Shown: positions 54,894 through 63,437 of the stretch, piece by piece | Layout: every line of letters begins with the position of its first letter | Numbering within the stretch: the stretch's first letter is position 1 | Assembly (NCBI GenBank): GCA_012841145.1 | Contig: DUVH01000024.1 | Location: forward strand, 4,140 to 68,139 | Direction: 5' to 3' | Length of the DNA: 64,000 nucleotides | DNA from: Clostridiaceae bacterium | GTDB lineage: Bacteria > Bacillota > Clostridia > Saccharofermentanales > DTU023 | Translations under genes and position numbers: made by a program | Notes under the pieces: model-generated | Databases searched by the model: none | Told to the model about the DNA's origin: nothing | The model's input: the letters and a program-made list of their open reading frames with translations, nothing else

Positions 54894-56506
54894 TTTCTCT
54901 TTTTCCTGTTAGTCTGTATAAGCATCCCTGTTTCTGGATTAATTGTAACCACACATTCCTGACCTTGGTATTGTCTGCTTAGCATCATTTTACCAGTTTT
55001 TTCCTTGCGCAACGTGTCTCTATATACACCGCTACTCAAAGCATCTTCAATTTGCTCACTTTTAACCGCTTTGTATCTTAGCCTGTTTCTAATTTCCTTT
55101 GACGCGTCATCTGCCATCCACTCATGTGTACCTATCTTCCTTGCCGTAAAGTGAGGCTTGATCCCCTTTATTTCAATACCATCAGATGTTTTGGTTCCAA
55201 CAAAGCGCTCGATCAGGCTGTTATGCTCTTTTTCAAAATTCTTAAAACCGACTAAAGGCGAGATGTTACCGCTTGTTACTTCACTTTTATAGCCCTTCAA
55301 CAAGTCCCAGCGTTGAGGTTCTTGATATTTCATTTGCTGGAAGCTTCGGAAGGTTAAAGGCATATTCGATTTGCCGATGGCGTCTTTATAAGCCTCATAT
55401 TGTTTGCGGTCTCCGTGTCTGTTGCGATAGGCCTTTACACTCCACTCTTTACCTTCATCCACTACATACTTTTGGTACCATTCCCTATATGTCATGTTCG
55501 CCGGCACTTCGTAGACTTTGCCTGTCTCAGGATCCCTTGCGACACGCATTCCACCCACCGTGAACTCATCATCAAAATATGGAACATCTGTCGACCTGCA
55601 CCACGGATGGAACGGCGGGCAGGTCACACCGATCTCTCGGTCCTTTTCCGCGAAATGCTTTCCGTCCATATCCCGGCAAATCTCCGATGTGTTCGCATCG
55701 AGGGTTGCGACTATCTCAAATCGTTCTACACCAAGCTCGGCATGTGCGTCAGCTCTCGCTTTCGCGGAGAATGCTGCAGACTCGGTCATAACTAGCCTGC
55801 CGACGGTGTTCTTGTCTTTTTCAAACTCCTTAGCAATAGCAGCAATCGTTCGATCAGGCGCCTCGCCACGTGCGATCATTTGCGTCAAGTTACGGTTGAG
55901 ACTGTTGATAAGCGCTTGCTTTGACGTCCAGATACGATCCGAAAACGTTTTGTTATCCGTTGTCCAGGGCTTTTGCGTGACGAGGTCTAATCGTTTTTGA
56001 TCCAGTCTCGTAAAGCTCAACCCGATTCCAACCCCCTGTTCAATATCGAACACGTTGTGATAGTAGTTATCCTCGTAGAGGTTAGCCAGGTACTCTCTAG
56101 TCGCCGTTTCTCGCCCTCTGTAGATGCGTTCGACTTGTTCCCTCATCTGAATCTCAAGCGCCTCTAAGCGGTTAAGATGCACCCTAGCGGAAGCGTTCTC
56201 AAGCTGTTTATGCCATCTTGGATCCCCGGACATACCAAGTTTGATATACTCGTCAACCGTCCACTTGAACTCTTCGAGTTCTGCTTTTGTCAATAGCTTT
56301 TTGGCTTCGGCTAGGCTGATCTCGTTATTAACCGCGAATCGTTGATACCACGTCTCGATATCGGACTTGATGGCGGCGATGGCTCGGTCGTAGTTATCGA
56401 CGGTCTCGATCAAGAACTCAAGCGCGCTTCGATGGGTCCTTTTCTCGACCGCCGCCGCTCTGCGGGTCCAATACCTCGCGCTTGGAGTCTTCCTCTTCAT
56501 CGTCAT
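54890..56506 (-). CDS. phage head morphogenesis protein (SPP1 gp7 / Mu F family) with a ~200-aa C-terminal extension
   Basis: The MuF core carries NTSEICRDMDGKHF...CPPFHPWCRSTDVPYF. The C-terminal extension ends ...QECVVTINPETGMLIQTNRKKRK. Confidence 0.85.
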   Translation of the reverse strand: MTMKRKTPSARYWTRRAAAVEKRTHRSALEFLIETVDNYDRAIAAIKSDIETWYQRFAVNNEISLAEAKKLLTKAELEEFKWTVDEYIKLGMSGDPRWHKQLENASARVHLNRLEALEIQMREQVERIYRGRETATREYLANLYEDNYYHNVFDIEQGVGIGLSFTRLDQKRLDLVTQKPWTTDNKTFSDRIWTSKQALINSLNRNLTQMIARGEAPDRTIAAIAKEFEKDKNTVGRLVMTESAAFSAKARADAHAELGVERFEIVATLDANTSEICRDMDGKHFAEKDREIGVTCPPFHPWCRSTDVPYFDDEFTVGGMRVARDPETGKVYEVPANMTYREWYQKYVVDEGKEWSVKAYRNRHGDRKQYEAYKDAIGKSNMPLTFRSFQQMKYQEPQRWDLLKGYKSEVTSGNISPLVGFKNFEKEHNSLIERFVGTKTSDGIEIKGIKPHFTARKIGTHEWMADDASKEIRNRLRYKAVKSEQIEDALSSGVYRDTLRKEKTGKMMLSRQYQGQECVVTINPETGMLIQTNRKKRK

Positions 56507-57929
56507 CGAGCTCCTTCCGGAATGTTAAGCCGAACATGTCTTGTAGGCTCTCTTCTTTTTCCTCTTCAAGCCTCTTAAGTTCTTCCGCGACATCGTCCAC
56601 CCAAGGATGCTGCTCCAACAGTGTTTTCTTCGAAAGAATACCCGCCGAAGCAGTAATGTTCGCGATGACTTCCGCTTCATTGACGAAGCTGTCACGGTTA
56701 AAGATAAACTCGACCGATTCATGGTCGTACAGCCCTTTGCCACGATTGGCTAAGTCCTGATTAATGAACCATACAAGATCCTGCAACGCAGGCTGGAACT
56801 CCGTCTCCATGCCTTCTGCGTCATTGTCCATGTCAAGCATCATGGAGCGGATCGTCATCATATTCGGATCGCCGGCTATCCGTTCGTCTTTTGCGTCAAA
56901 GGACCGAGCATTCTCGATCAATGCCGTCTTGAAGATTTGGAGAATCAGCTTGTAGTTTTCAGAATTAACTTCGATCGAGAGTGTCTCAACCCCGCCGCGG
57001 CGCTCACCGTCTGATCGAACCTTAATGACTCCAGTTGAAGCGAGGTTCCTTCTCAATCTCCCGACATCTTCGCCGTCATAATTATGGATAACCAGAATCG
57101 TGTTCCTGGCGTCTTCCATCATGTTGTCCTCAAAGACCGAGAGAATCAGGTTGATTCCGTCCTGCAGGCTCTTCACCCGTGTGAGCATTGGAATTTCTCG
57201 GGCATTGTACCGGAACGGGATCAAAGGAATCCGCTCCCAATTTTGGGGGGATCCATTCACCTGCAGGTGGCTGAATTGATCAATCAGCTTCAAACGTCCG
57301 TCCTTGCGCTCGTATCGATTAATGCCCTGACGCGTAACGAAATCGACCATCTCAATGATCTTCTTTTTAGTAGCCTCGTACTCAACTCGTTCGTGCAGCC
57401 AACAATAGCAGTCGATGATCTCACCTTCCTCATCGGCGTAAAACGGCAGCACGTTTTTGTTGTCCATGAGCTTGAACCGAAGATCGCCTGACTCATCGTA
57501 GTGAGGATGAACGAACCCGACGCCACCTTCCATGGCCTCATATCCGACCCTACGTAAGAGCTTCATGAAACGAGGGTTAAAGTATTCTCCAAGTTTTGCC
57601 GTGTATTCATCATTTTCGGTCTTAATCGTGATCGGCTTTCCGAAACTGTAGTTGACCTTCTTATCAAGGTGGATCGAGTACTGGTTATCGACTTTCTGCG
57701 CATTGTGGACATTCTGAAGCCTGATCTTCTCCCCGTTATCGCCGATGGTATAGCGGTAGTGCTCTAAAATGTCCTGCTTGCCCTCGTAGTATTCCTCGCC
57801 CTTGACCATTGCTTTACGCTTATCGGAATTAAGCCATTCTTGGATCTCGGTTTCGAGGATCTTCTCGAGGTTCATCGGGGCGTTGTTAACGATGATCTGC
57901 TCGTACATCTGCATTAAGTAGCTGCTCAC
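56418..57929 (-). CDS. portal protein (SPP1 gp6-like)
   Basis: 503 aa between the terminase and MuF genes, with an acidic C-terminal tail. Confidence 0.85.
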   Translation of the reverse strand: MSSYLMQMYEQIIVNNAPMNLEKILETEIQEWLNSDKRKAMVKGEEYYEGKQDILEHYRYTIGDNGEKIRLQNVHNAQKVDNQYSIHLDKKVNYSFGKPITIKTENDEYTAKLGEYFNPRFMKLLRRVGYEAMEGGVGFVHPHYDESGDLRFKLMDNKNVLPFYADEEGEIIDCYCWLHERVEYEATKKKIIEMVDFVTRQGINRYERKDGRLKLIDQFSHLQVNGSPQNWERIPLIPFRYNAREIPMLTRVKSLQDGINLILSVFEDNMMEDARNTILVIHNYDGEDVGRLRRNLASTGVIKVRSDGERRGGVETLSIEVNSENYKLILQIFKTALIENARSFDAKDERIAGDPNMMTIRSMMLDMDNDAEGMETEFQPALQDLVWFINQDLANRGKGLYDHESVEFIFNRDSFVNEAEVIANITASAGILSKKTLLEQHPWVDDVAEELKRLEEEKEESLQDMFGLTFRKELDDDEEEDSKREVLDPQSGGGREKDPSKRA

Positions 57930-57940
57930 TTACCCACCCC

Positions 57941-59206
57941 CTAAAAATCGTAAAGCGGCTTACGCATGTCTTCGTTCATCGCGTACCGCGTCATATCGAT
58001 CGAATGGTTATCTTTATCTTCCAGACGTGGACGAGGGTTCCCGTCCGCATCGATCTGATAATCAATGTTTTCAAATTCCCTCGCCGTGTTCGGGCACCGA
58101 ACCGGATCAATGACAATCGCTTCGAGATCGTCAAGCCACTCTTCACCGTACTCGACGCTCCCTGGTCCCTTTTTGACTGCCCGCATCCGGAGGCCGTAGT
58201 CTCGCATCTCTGCAATGGACCGTGGCTCATTATCCGCCAGGATGAGAGTGTCATCCCACCCGTTCTGGTGGAGGGCGTTATACAATTCTCGGTTCTTGAT
58301 CTTCACGCCGTAGATCTCACCGAAGATATATATCCTTCGTCGTTTCTTGTCGTAATGCATGCGCCCGAACGACAAAGGATCCGTGGCATAGCCCCAGTCA
58401 AGGCCCTGCCGGATGTTATCGAACTCCGCGATCTCATCATCCAAGATCGTCCGGAACAGAAGATTGTCAAACGGGACTACACCCGCTCCAATCGGGTACC
58501 CCAGATATTCCCAGTCATACGTCTTCGGGCTTCGTTCCTTGACGATCTCCGCTTCTTCAAGAAACTCTCTTGACAGATACTTGTTGTCTAAGTACGTGCT
58601 GTGATGTACAAAGGTATTCTTCGGCAGGAACTGTGTTTCGAACTTCTTATTAACCCAGCTTTGCTTGCGCTTGGGCGGGTTATACGAGTACAGAAACAAA
58701 TACGCCAAACCCGGCGGAAGCTCAGCCCGGAGGACAGATTTTTCAATCGTCGAGACTTCGTCCTCGACCTTAAACTCTGCCAATTCCTCGATCCATAGAA
58801 TCGTGATCGGGAACTTTGCGACCTTGATCGACTTAATCTTTATCGGGTCATCCGCCCCGCGAAAGATGATGCTGTTCCCTCGTGGCAGGTACGTGATACG
58901 CAGAGGCGACAGGTTGAACTTGAACAGGTGCGACACCTGCAAGTAATCAATAGCCTCCTTGAGTTGTTCGTAGCAACTCTCCTGTAAGGTGTTTCCGACC
59001 TTACGGACGCATAACGCAGTCACCGGATATTCGATGATCTGCAGGATGATCTCTAACGCGATATGAGACGACTTACCGGAACCGCGCCCGCCTTTCAGTA
59101 CGTACTTGAGATATTCTTGCTTCTTGATCGATGCGTGTACGCCATGGAACACCGGCAGCATCAGCTCGGATAACCTAACCTCCGTCGTCACTGGTTGAGA
59201 TGTCAT
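57941..59206 (-). CDS. terminase large subunit (PBSX XtmB-like)
   Basis: Walker A KGGRGSGKS, a Walker B-like ILWIEE, and a C-terminal nuclease region. Confidence 0.9.
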   Translation of the reverse strand: MTSQPVTTEVRLSELMLPVFHGVHASIKKQEYLKYVLKGGRGSGKSSHIALEIILQIIEYPVTALCVRKVGNTLQESCYEQLKEAIDYLQVSHLFKFNLSPLRITYLPRGNSIIFRGADDPIKIKSIKVAKFPITILWIEELAEFKVEDEVSTIEKSVLRAELPPGLAYLFLYSYNPPKRKQSWVNKKFETQFLPKNTFVHHSTYLDNKYLSREFLEEAEIVKERSPKTYDWEYLGYPIGAGVVPFDNLLFRTILDDEIAEFDNIRQGLDWGYATDPLSFGRMHYDKKRRRIYIFGEIYGVKIKNRELYNALHQNGWDDTLILADNEPRSIAEMRDYGLRMRAVKKGPGSVEYGEEWLDDLEAIVIDPVRCPNTAREFENIDYQIDADGNPRPRLEDKDNHSIDMTRYAMNEDMRKPLYDF

Positions 59207-59627
59207 CGGTAATCACCACCAGTCCTGATGCGTTAAGATCAACAGTATCCGTGAATAAGGCATAGCGCTTACCTAACAGCTCGGCAGCCTTTAATCGCTC
59301 TCGTTCGTCCGGGGCTTTCTTGATTCGCCGGGCTGACGAAACTCCATCGCCCTCAAGTTCAACGACGACAACTTCGGAGAAAGATTCCCCACGTAGGACG
59401 GATGTTAGATATTTCAGCACTTCATCTTGTTTGGCGATCGCTGCATCTTCGAGCTCGGCGAGGCGCTTTTCGATGTACTTTTTGACCTTAACATTTGTTA
59501 ACAATCTGCTCGCCGCCGCTGCAGCTGTTGTAGGACGCTTTACGTTCTTGTAGACCCCCAAATATGCTTCAGTCGCGTTCAACGAGATGATGTACTCATC
59601 CGCGAAACGCTTTTGCTTTTCGGTCAT
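59175..59627 (-). CDS. terminase small subunit
   Basis: ORF 59175..59675. Start at MTEKQKRFADEYI after GGAGGTGG. The N-terminal HTH (NATEAYLGVY) is typical of Terminase_2. Confidence 0.85.
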   Translation of the reverse strand: MTEKQKRFADEYIISLNATEAYLGVYKNVKRPTTAAAAASRLLTNVKVKKYIEKRLAELEDAAIAKQDEVLKYLTSVLRGESFSEVVVVELEGDGVSSARRIKKAPDERERLKAAELLGKRYALFTDTVDLNASGLVVITDDISTSDDGG

Positions 59628-59799
59628 GACTACACCACCTCCTCGAATTAAAAAAGCCACCCTCGCGAGTGGCAATGTCCTCCCTGGGACACTTCATTGA
59701 GAGGTGCGGGAGGTCCTGTTACATTAAAAAAGCAGACCCTTTCGACGCCTGCTGACACTTATGACAGCCTAATAATATCACACCGAAAAACGAACAATC

Positions 59800-59845
59800 A
59801 CTCCTTTTTACTCCTTTTTACTCCTTTTTACTCCTTTTTACTCCT
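59800..59845. repeat. 10-bp tandem repeat x4.6 (ACTCCTTTTT; minus strand AAAAAGGAGT)
   Basis: Units start at 59800, 59810, 59820 and 59830, with a partial unit at 59840. The repeat overlaps the stop codon of the late activator gene, and each unit contains AAGGAG. Confidence 0.95.
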
Positions 59846-60385
59846 GATTTTCCCGCCGTAGGCCTCTAAAGCCGATGAAAACAAATTAAACCACCACGAT
59901 TCACTGTAGTTCAGCCGCCTTCTCGCTTCTGTATGAGTTAGTCCCTCGATGTACCGATACTTGAGCGCTAACGCCTGATCTGCGTCACAAAAAGCATCAA
60001 TTTCTGCTTCGATCGTGCGACGCAGCTCATCATTGCGTCCAATTCTTTGCTCGAATCGCATGATCTCATTAATCAACGACGTTAGATATTTTTCCCCACC
60101 CTTAGGGTCTCTCGTTCCATGTAAGGATCGGGGAATACGCTTAACGGGAATCGATACGTCGGAGGGCACAGGCTTTGGCTGACCCTCCTGTTTTTTTCCA
60201 ACGACCGTTTCCGTGACATACTCCCCCGTCCAACCTGCGGAAGTCGACCCAACAGGGCGCGAAACATTTGTCATCTCCTCACGCAGCGTCTCAATGCGCG
60301 CACGGCAATACTTCGAATCATCGACAACTCGGCGATATTCTTCTAATCGTTCTCTGGCGCGATCTTTGGCATTCTGTATAGTCAT
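59828..60385 (-). CDS. phage late-gene transcriptional activator (sigma region-4-like, RinA/ArpU/DUF1492 class)
   Basis: The C-terminal LALKYRYIEGLTHTEARRRLNYSESWWFNL is a sigma-70 region-4-type HTH. The position directly upstream of terS is typical. Confidence 0.65.
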   Translation of the reverse strand: MTIQNAKDRARERLEEYRRVVDDSKYCRARIETLREEMTNVSRPVGSTSAGWTGEYVTETVVGKKQEGQPKPVPSDVSIPVKRIPRSLHGTRDPKGGEKYLTSLINEIMRFEQRIGRNDELRRTIEAEIDAFCDADQALALKYRYIEGLTHTEARRRLNYSESWWFNLFSSALEAYGGKIRSKKE

Positions 60386-60387
60386 CG

Positions 60388-60696
60388 CTAATCCGTCAAC
60401 CCAATCCCGCCGTAATCATCATCCGAATCGTAACACTTCGGCACACATTCTTTGACGTTAAGCAAAGAGAATGCGACATATCCTTTTTTTAATCCGTAAC
60501 CTTCTAACACAAACCCGATATCAGCCTTAACAATCCTTGTTGGTGTTACCTGTTTACCGTCGTGATCAACTTCGATCAGGATCACAACATCGCCCTCGCG
60601 ATAATCCCGGTCATTCAGGCGAACCTCAAATGTCTTGGAACCGTCCAGTACAGCGTCAAAGAATGGCTGTTGCAGTTTGATCGCGTGAATGCTCAT
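60388..60696 (-). CDS. ASCH/DUF3850-like protein
   Basis: ORF 60388..60777. Start at MSIHAIKLQQPFFDAVLDGSKTFEVRLNDRDYREGD after GGAGGA. Confidence 0.7.
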   Translation of the reverse strand: MSIHAIKLQQPFFDAVLDGSKTFEVRLNDRDYREGDVVILIEVDHDGKQVTPTRIVKADIGFVLEGYGLKKGYVAFSLLNVKECVPKCYDSDDDYGGIGLTD

Positions 60697-61112
60697 GCTT
60701 CCTCCCACATCAACACAGGCCGCCAGCCCAGCACTGTCACATACTCCGGGATTTCCAACTTGACCGTTATCGCGCACCCGACACTTCCGTCTGATCTCCT
60801 AAAAGCGACTAACACGTCATGAAAATCAGGCATTGTTATTGGAGACCTCCACCTCACGGCGTCGAGGGCGGCAAGGATGGTGTCGTAGGCGTCCGTTACC
60901 CGCTCATAAATGCCGATATCCAGTGAGCTTGACAGGCCTATGTCGTGCAAGTAATACTCCCTGTCGGCTCCCTCTTTCTGTTCTTCGATCAATTCAATCG
61001 CCGCCTCAATCCGCTCACGGGCTAGGTTGTTGTTGTTACTCATTCTCTCCCCTCCATCATTATCGGCGAGTTCGCGCTCGCCCTCTACTCCCTTGCGTCT
61101 GCTGTTGGTCAT
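60693..61112 (-). CDS. phage protein with a DUF551-like C-terminus; alternative start at 61043
   Basis: The C-terminal WRSPITMPDFHDVLVAF...VTVLGWRPV is DUF551-like. An internal MSNNNN is preceded by GGGGAGAG. The first 23 codons (MTNSRRKGVEGERELA) look like a separate stub. Confidence 0.55.
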   Translation of the reverse strand: MTNSRRKGVEGERELADNDGGERMSNNNNLARERIEAAIELIEEQKEGADREYYLHDIGLSSSLDIGIYERVTDAYDTILAALDAVRWRSPITMPDFHDVLVAFRRSDGSVGCAITVKLEIPEYVTVLGWRPVLMWEEA

Positions 61113-62044
61113 GGCTGCCCCTCCAGTCGCGGCATTCGTGCTTCAACAAGAAACTCCTGTTCAGCCGCATCAAGAGTGAAATTGTCTCGGTTGTCGCGCT
61201 TGTCGCTTGACCGATATGTTGGCGCTCGACTTCGTGCACCGCCTCTGTCTTGTTCTTTAGACAGCCAGTTCGCGATAAACCGCTTGATACCCTTGCGTGT
61301 CTTTCGCTTGTTTGGGTTAGCATCCAGCCAACCAAGCATATTCCGAAGTTCTTGCTCGACGTTAACAGCCGGGTACAGCTCTCGATACTTCGAGGCATCC
61401 TCCTTTGTGACTGCGTGAAATGTTTTGTCGTTCAAGGGCAATTCAATGACGATGCTTGGCTCTGGCACAGAGTGATCGTCAGATCGCTCCGTGCAGTAAT
61501 ACGATTCCTCGAATATCGATTCCTCGATTCCTCGATTCCTCGATTCCTCGGGAACATTTGCATGCATCTGCTTGCATTTGCTTGCAAATGATTTCACGCC
61601 AGATAATGAACACTTTTCGTCATTTTGTTCAACATCTTTTTTTCTACATGCATCTGCATTCATCTGCTCGCATTTGATTTCATCTGCATTCATTTGCATG
61701 CAACGGTATTCATCTGATTCTTCGAAGGATGGATACTTCCGATTCTTGGCTCGACGTGATTGATGTTTGTCCCACGTTACAATTTCTAGGTACGATTCGT
61801 CTTCAACCGTATAGGTGCGAACAATACCTAGCGACGATAACGTATTCATGGCTTTATCAATCTGTGCGTCTGTGACAGAATCTCGAGGAAACATCTTGCC
61901 CTTAAGGATGGGAGGAGAGGCGTAGTAACAACCGAAATCATCAACAGTAACAATCAATCGATAGAAGAACACTTCCTCAAACCATGACAGGCTCGCAATA
62001 TCCTTACTGACACAAATAGTCTCTTTCAAAATCCTATTAGGCAT
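61109..62044 (-). CDS. phage replisome organizer / DnaD-like replication protein
   Basis: ORF 61109..62146. Start at MPNRILKE. The N-domain carries WFEEVFFYRLIVTVDDFG...MFP; the C-domain carries ELRNMLGWLDANPNKRKTRKGIKRFIANWL. The central linker carries DNA repeats. Confidence 0.8.
   Translation of the reverse strand: MPNRILKETICVSKDIASLSWFEEVFFYRLIVTVDDFGCYYASPPILKGKMFPRDSVTDAQIDKAMNTLSSLGIVRTYTVEDESYLEIVTWDKHQSRRAKNRKYPSFEESDEYRCMQMNADEIKCEQMNADACRKKDVEQNDEKCSLSGVKSFASKCKQMHANVPEESRNRGIEESIFEESYYCTERSDDHSVPEPSIVIELPLNDKTFHAVTKEDASKYRELYPAVNVEQELRNMLGWLDANPNKRKTRKGIKRFIANWLSKEQDRGGARSRAPTYRSSDKRDNRDNFTLDAAEQEFLVEARMPRLEGQP
61500..61710. repeat. iteron-like repeat cluster inside the replisome organizer gene (candidate phage origin)
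   Basis: (CGATTCCT)x4 lies at 61517..61548, with one more copy at 61502. Multiple GCAT(C/T)TGC / CATCTGC / CATTTGC motifs lie at 61556..61590 and 61648..61705. Confidence 0.6.
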
Positions 62045-62045
62045 A

Positions 62046-62321
62046 TTACCAGCACCTGCCATTCCTTCTGTTCCAACAGATGCCGGGCAGTTTTTCCCAA
62101 AAAATATTCTCGCCGAATGTAACAAGACCATCGTCGTCATGCTCAAGATATTTGTCGTGAGCTATCACAATGGCTTGGATGACTTCATACGCAGTATATT
62201 TTTCGAGTAAAGTAGCTAGCCTGACTTCCTCGATAGATGTCAAATCCCTGCCAAATGCCTCTAGGACAAGAAGGTAAGCACTTATCTCTTTTGTCGAGAA
62301 TAATCTGACATAATCTGCCAT
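62046..62321 (-). CDS. hypothetical phage protein
   Basis: 91 aa. Its stop lies 1 nt before the replisome organizer ATG. No family was recognised. Confidence 0.5.
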   Translation of the reverse strand: MADYVRLFSTKEISAYLLVLEAFGRDLTSIEEVRLATLLEKYTAYEVIQAIVIAHDKYLEHDDDGLVTFGENIFWEKLPGICWNRRNGRCW

Positions 62322-62325
62322 GCAT

Positions 62326-62685
62326 TTACCCCTTTCTTATGTAAGCGTCCATATTCATCTGAACCGGCTTTCTGTTTTTCTCAAGCCAATGCTCAATGGC
62401 TTTCACCGTCTGTAATCTCTCCATCGCCTGTCCACGCATCATGGACATATAGCGCTCGGCCTCTGCAATGTCTGTCGGATCGTTTTCATCAGGAATGAAA
62501 TATCCCCCCGATGACATGGACACGATTGGACATCCGTCCTCGCGCAACTGTCGGATGTATTCTTGAGTCTGTCTTTCCGAGACATTCGCCATCATGGCGA
62601 CATCGCGAAGATTCCTTGCTCTTGTGCTGCCTTTCGGTATGCATTTAAGGATTAACTCCAAGTATCTGTTTACGTTGTCTGCCAT
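62326..62685 (-). CDS. phage winged-helix/HTH DNA-binding protein
   Basis: RARNLRDVAMMANVSERQTQEYIRQLREDGCPIVS is an HTH-like motif. Confidence 0.55.
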   Translation of the reverse strand: MADNVNRYLELILKCIPKGSTRARNLRDVAMMANVSERQTQEYIRQLREDGCPIVSMSSGGYFIPDENDPTDIAEAERYMSMMRGQAMERLQTVKAIEHWLEKNRKPVQMNMDAYIRKG

Positions 62686-62695
62686 TGCGCTCCTC

Positions 62696-63436
62696 CTAAA
62701 ACGGGATGGAATTCCACGTCATGCCGGGTTTGGCGAATTGAGCCTTAGCTTTGAACGTGTCGCTAATTTCCATATCGTTGTAATATTCGGTGTAATCGAA
62801 ATTGTTTTCGGATTGATGGAATAGAATGATTAGATCGGCATAGTCGAGATACGGCTCAATAAGTTGAGCGGCTTCCCTTGCGCTTAGATGCCCAACTCCT
62901 GACGACACACGTCCGGAGACATAGAGCATAGAGTCTGACTTCTCGGCGTTTCCTGCCATTCTCTTGGGCGTGTAATTGGCCTCCACGATCAAGACATCCG
63001 GAGCTATATCTTCAGGCAATTCCGGTGGACTTCCAGCATCCGCGATGTACAGCATGCGCTCGTCGTCGATGTCCGCATAAAAAGCACATGGATCAGCTGC
63101 ATTATGGATAACCTTAATGCCCTGCACGTAACATTTCTTCTTGGGATAAAAGTCTTTTAATCGCTGCACAGAACACTTCTTGCAGAGGTTCAGGGCATCG
63201 AACGTTAAATCCGAACAATAGATTATTGCACCATACTTGTCCTGCAGCTCAAGCGCATACTTTGCGTGGTCGCCGTGCTCATGCGTCACATAAAAAGGCT
63301 TGTTTGCGATAGATATTCCGAGGTCGAGAATCTTCGTTGGTGGGCATCCGGCGTCAAAAAAGACGCCGGTGCCCAATTCGGACTCCACGTAGAAGCAGTT
63401 ACCGCTCGATCCTGTGCCGATGCATGTAACCTTCAT
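62696..63436 (-). CDS. MBL-fold metallo-hydrolase
   Basis: ORF 62696..63613. Start at MKVTCIGTGSSGN after GGAGGC. Carries the THEHGDH motif. Confidence 0.8.
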   Translation of the reverse strand: MKVTCIGTGSSGNCFYVESELGTGVFFDAGCPPTKILDLGISIANKPFYVTHEHGDHAKYALELQDKYGAIIYCSDLTFDALNLCKKCSVQRLKDFYPKKKCYVQGIKVIHNAADPCAFYADIDDERMLYIADAGSPPELPEDIAPDVLIVEANYTPKRMAGNAEKSDSMLYVSGRVSSGVGHLSAREAAQLIEPYLDYADLIILFHQSENNFDYTEYYNDMEISDTFKAKAQFAKPGMTWNSIPF

Positions 63437-63437
63437 C

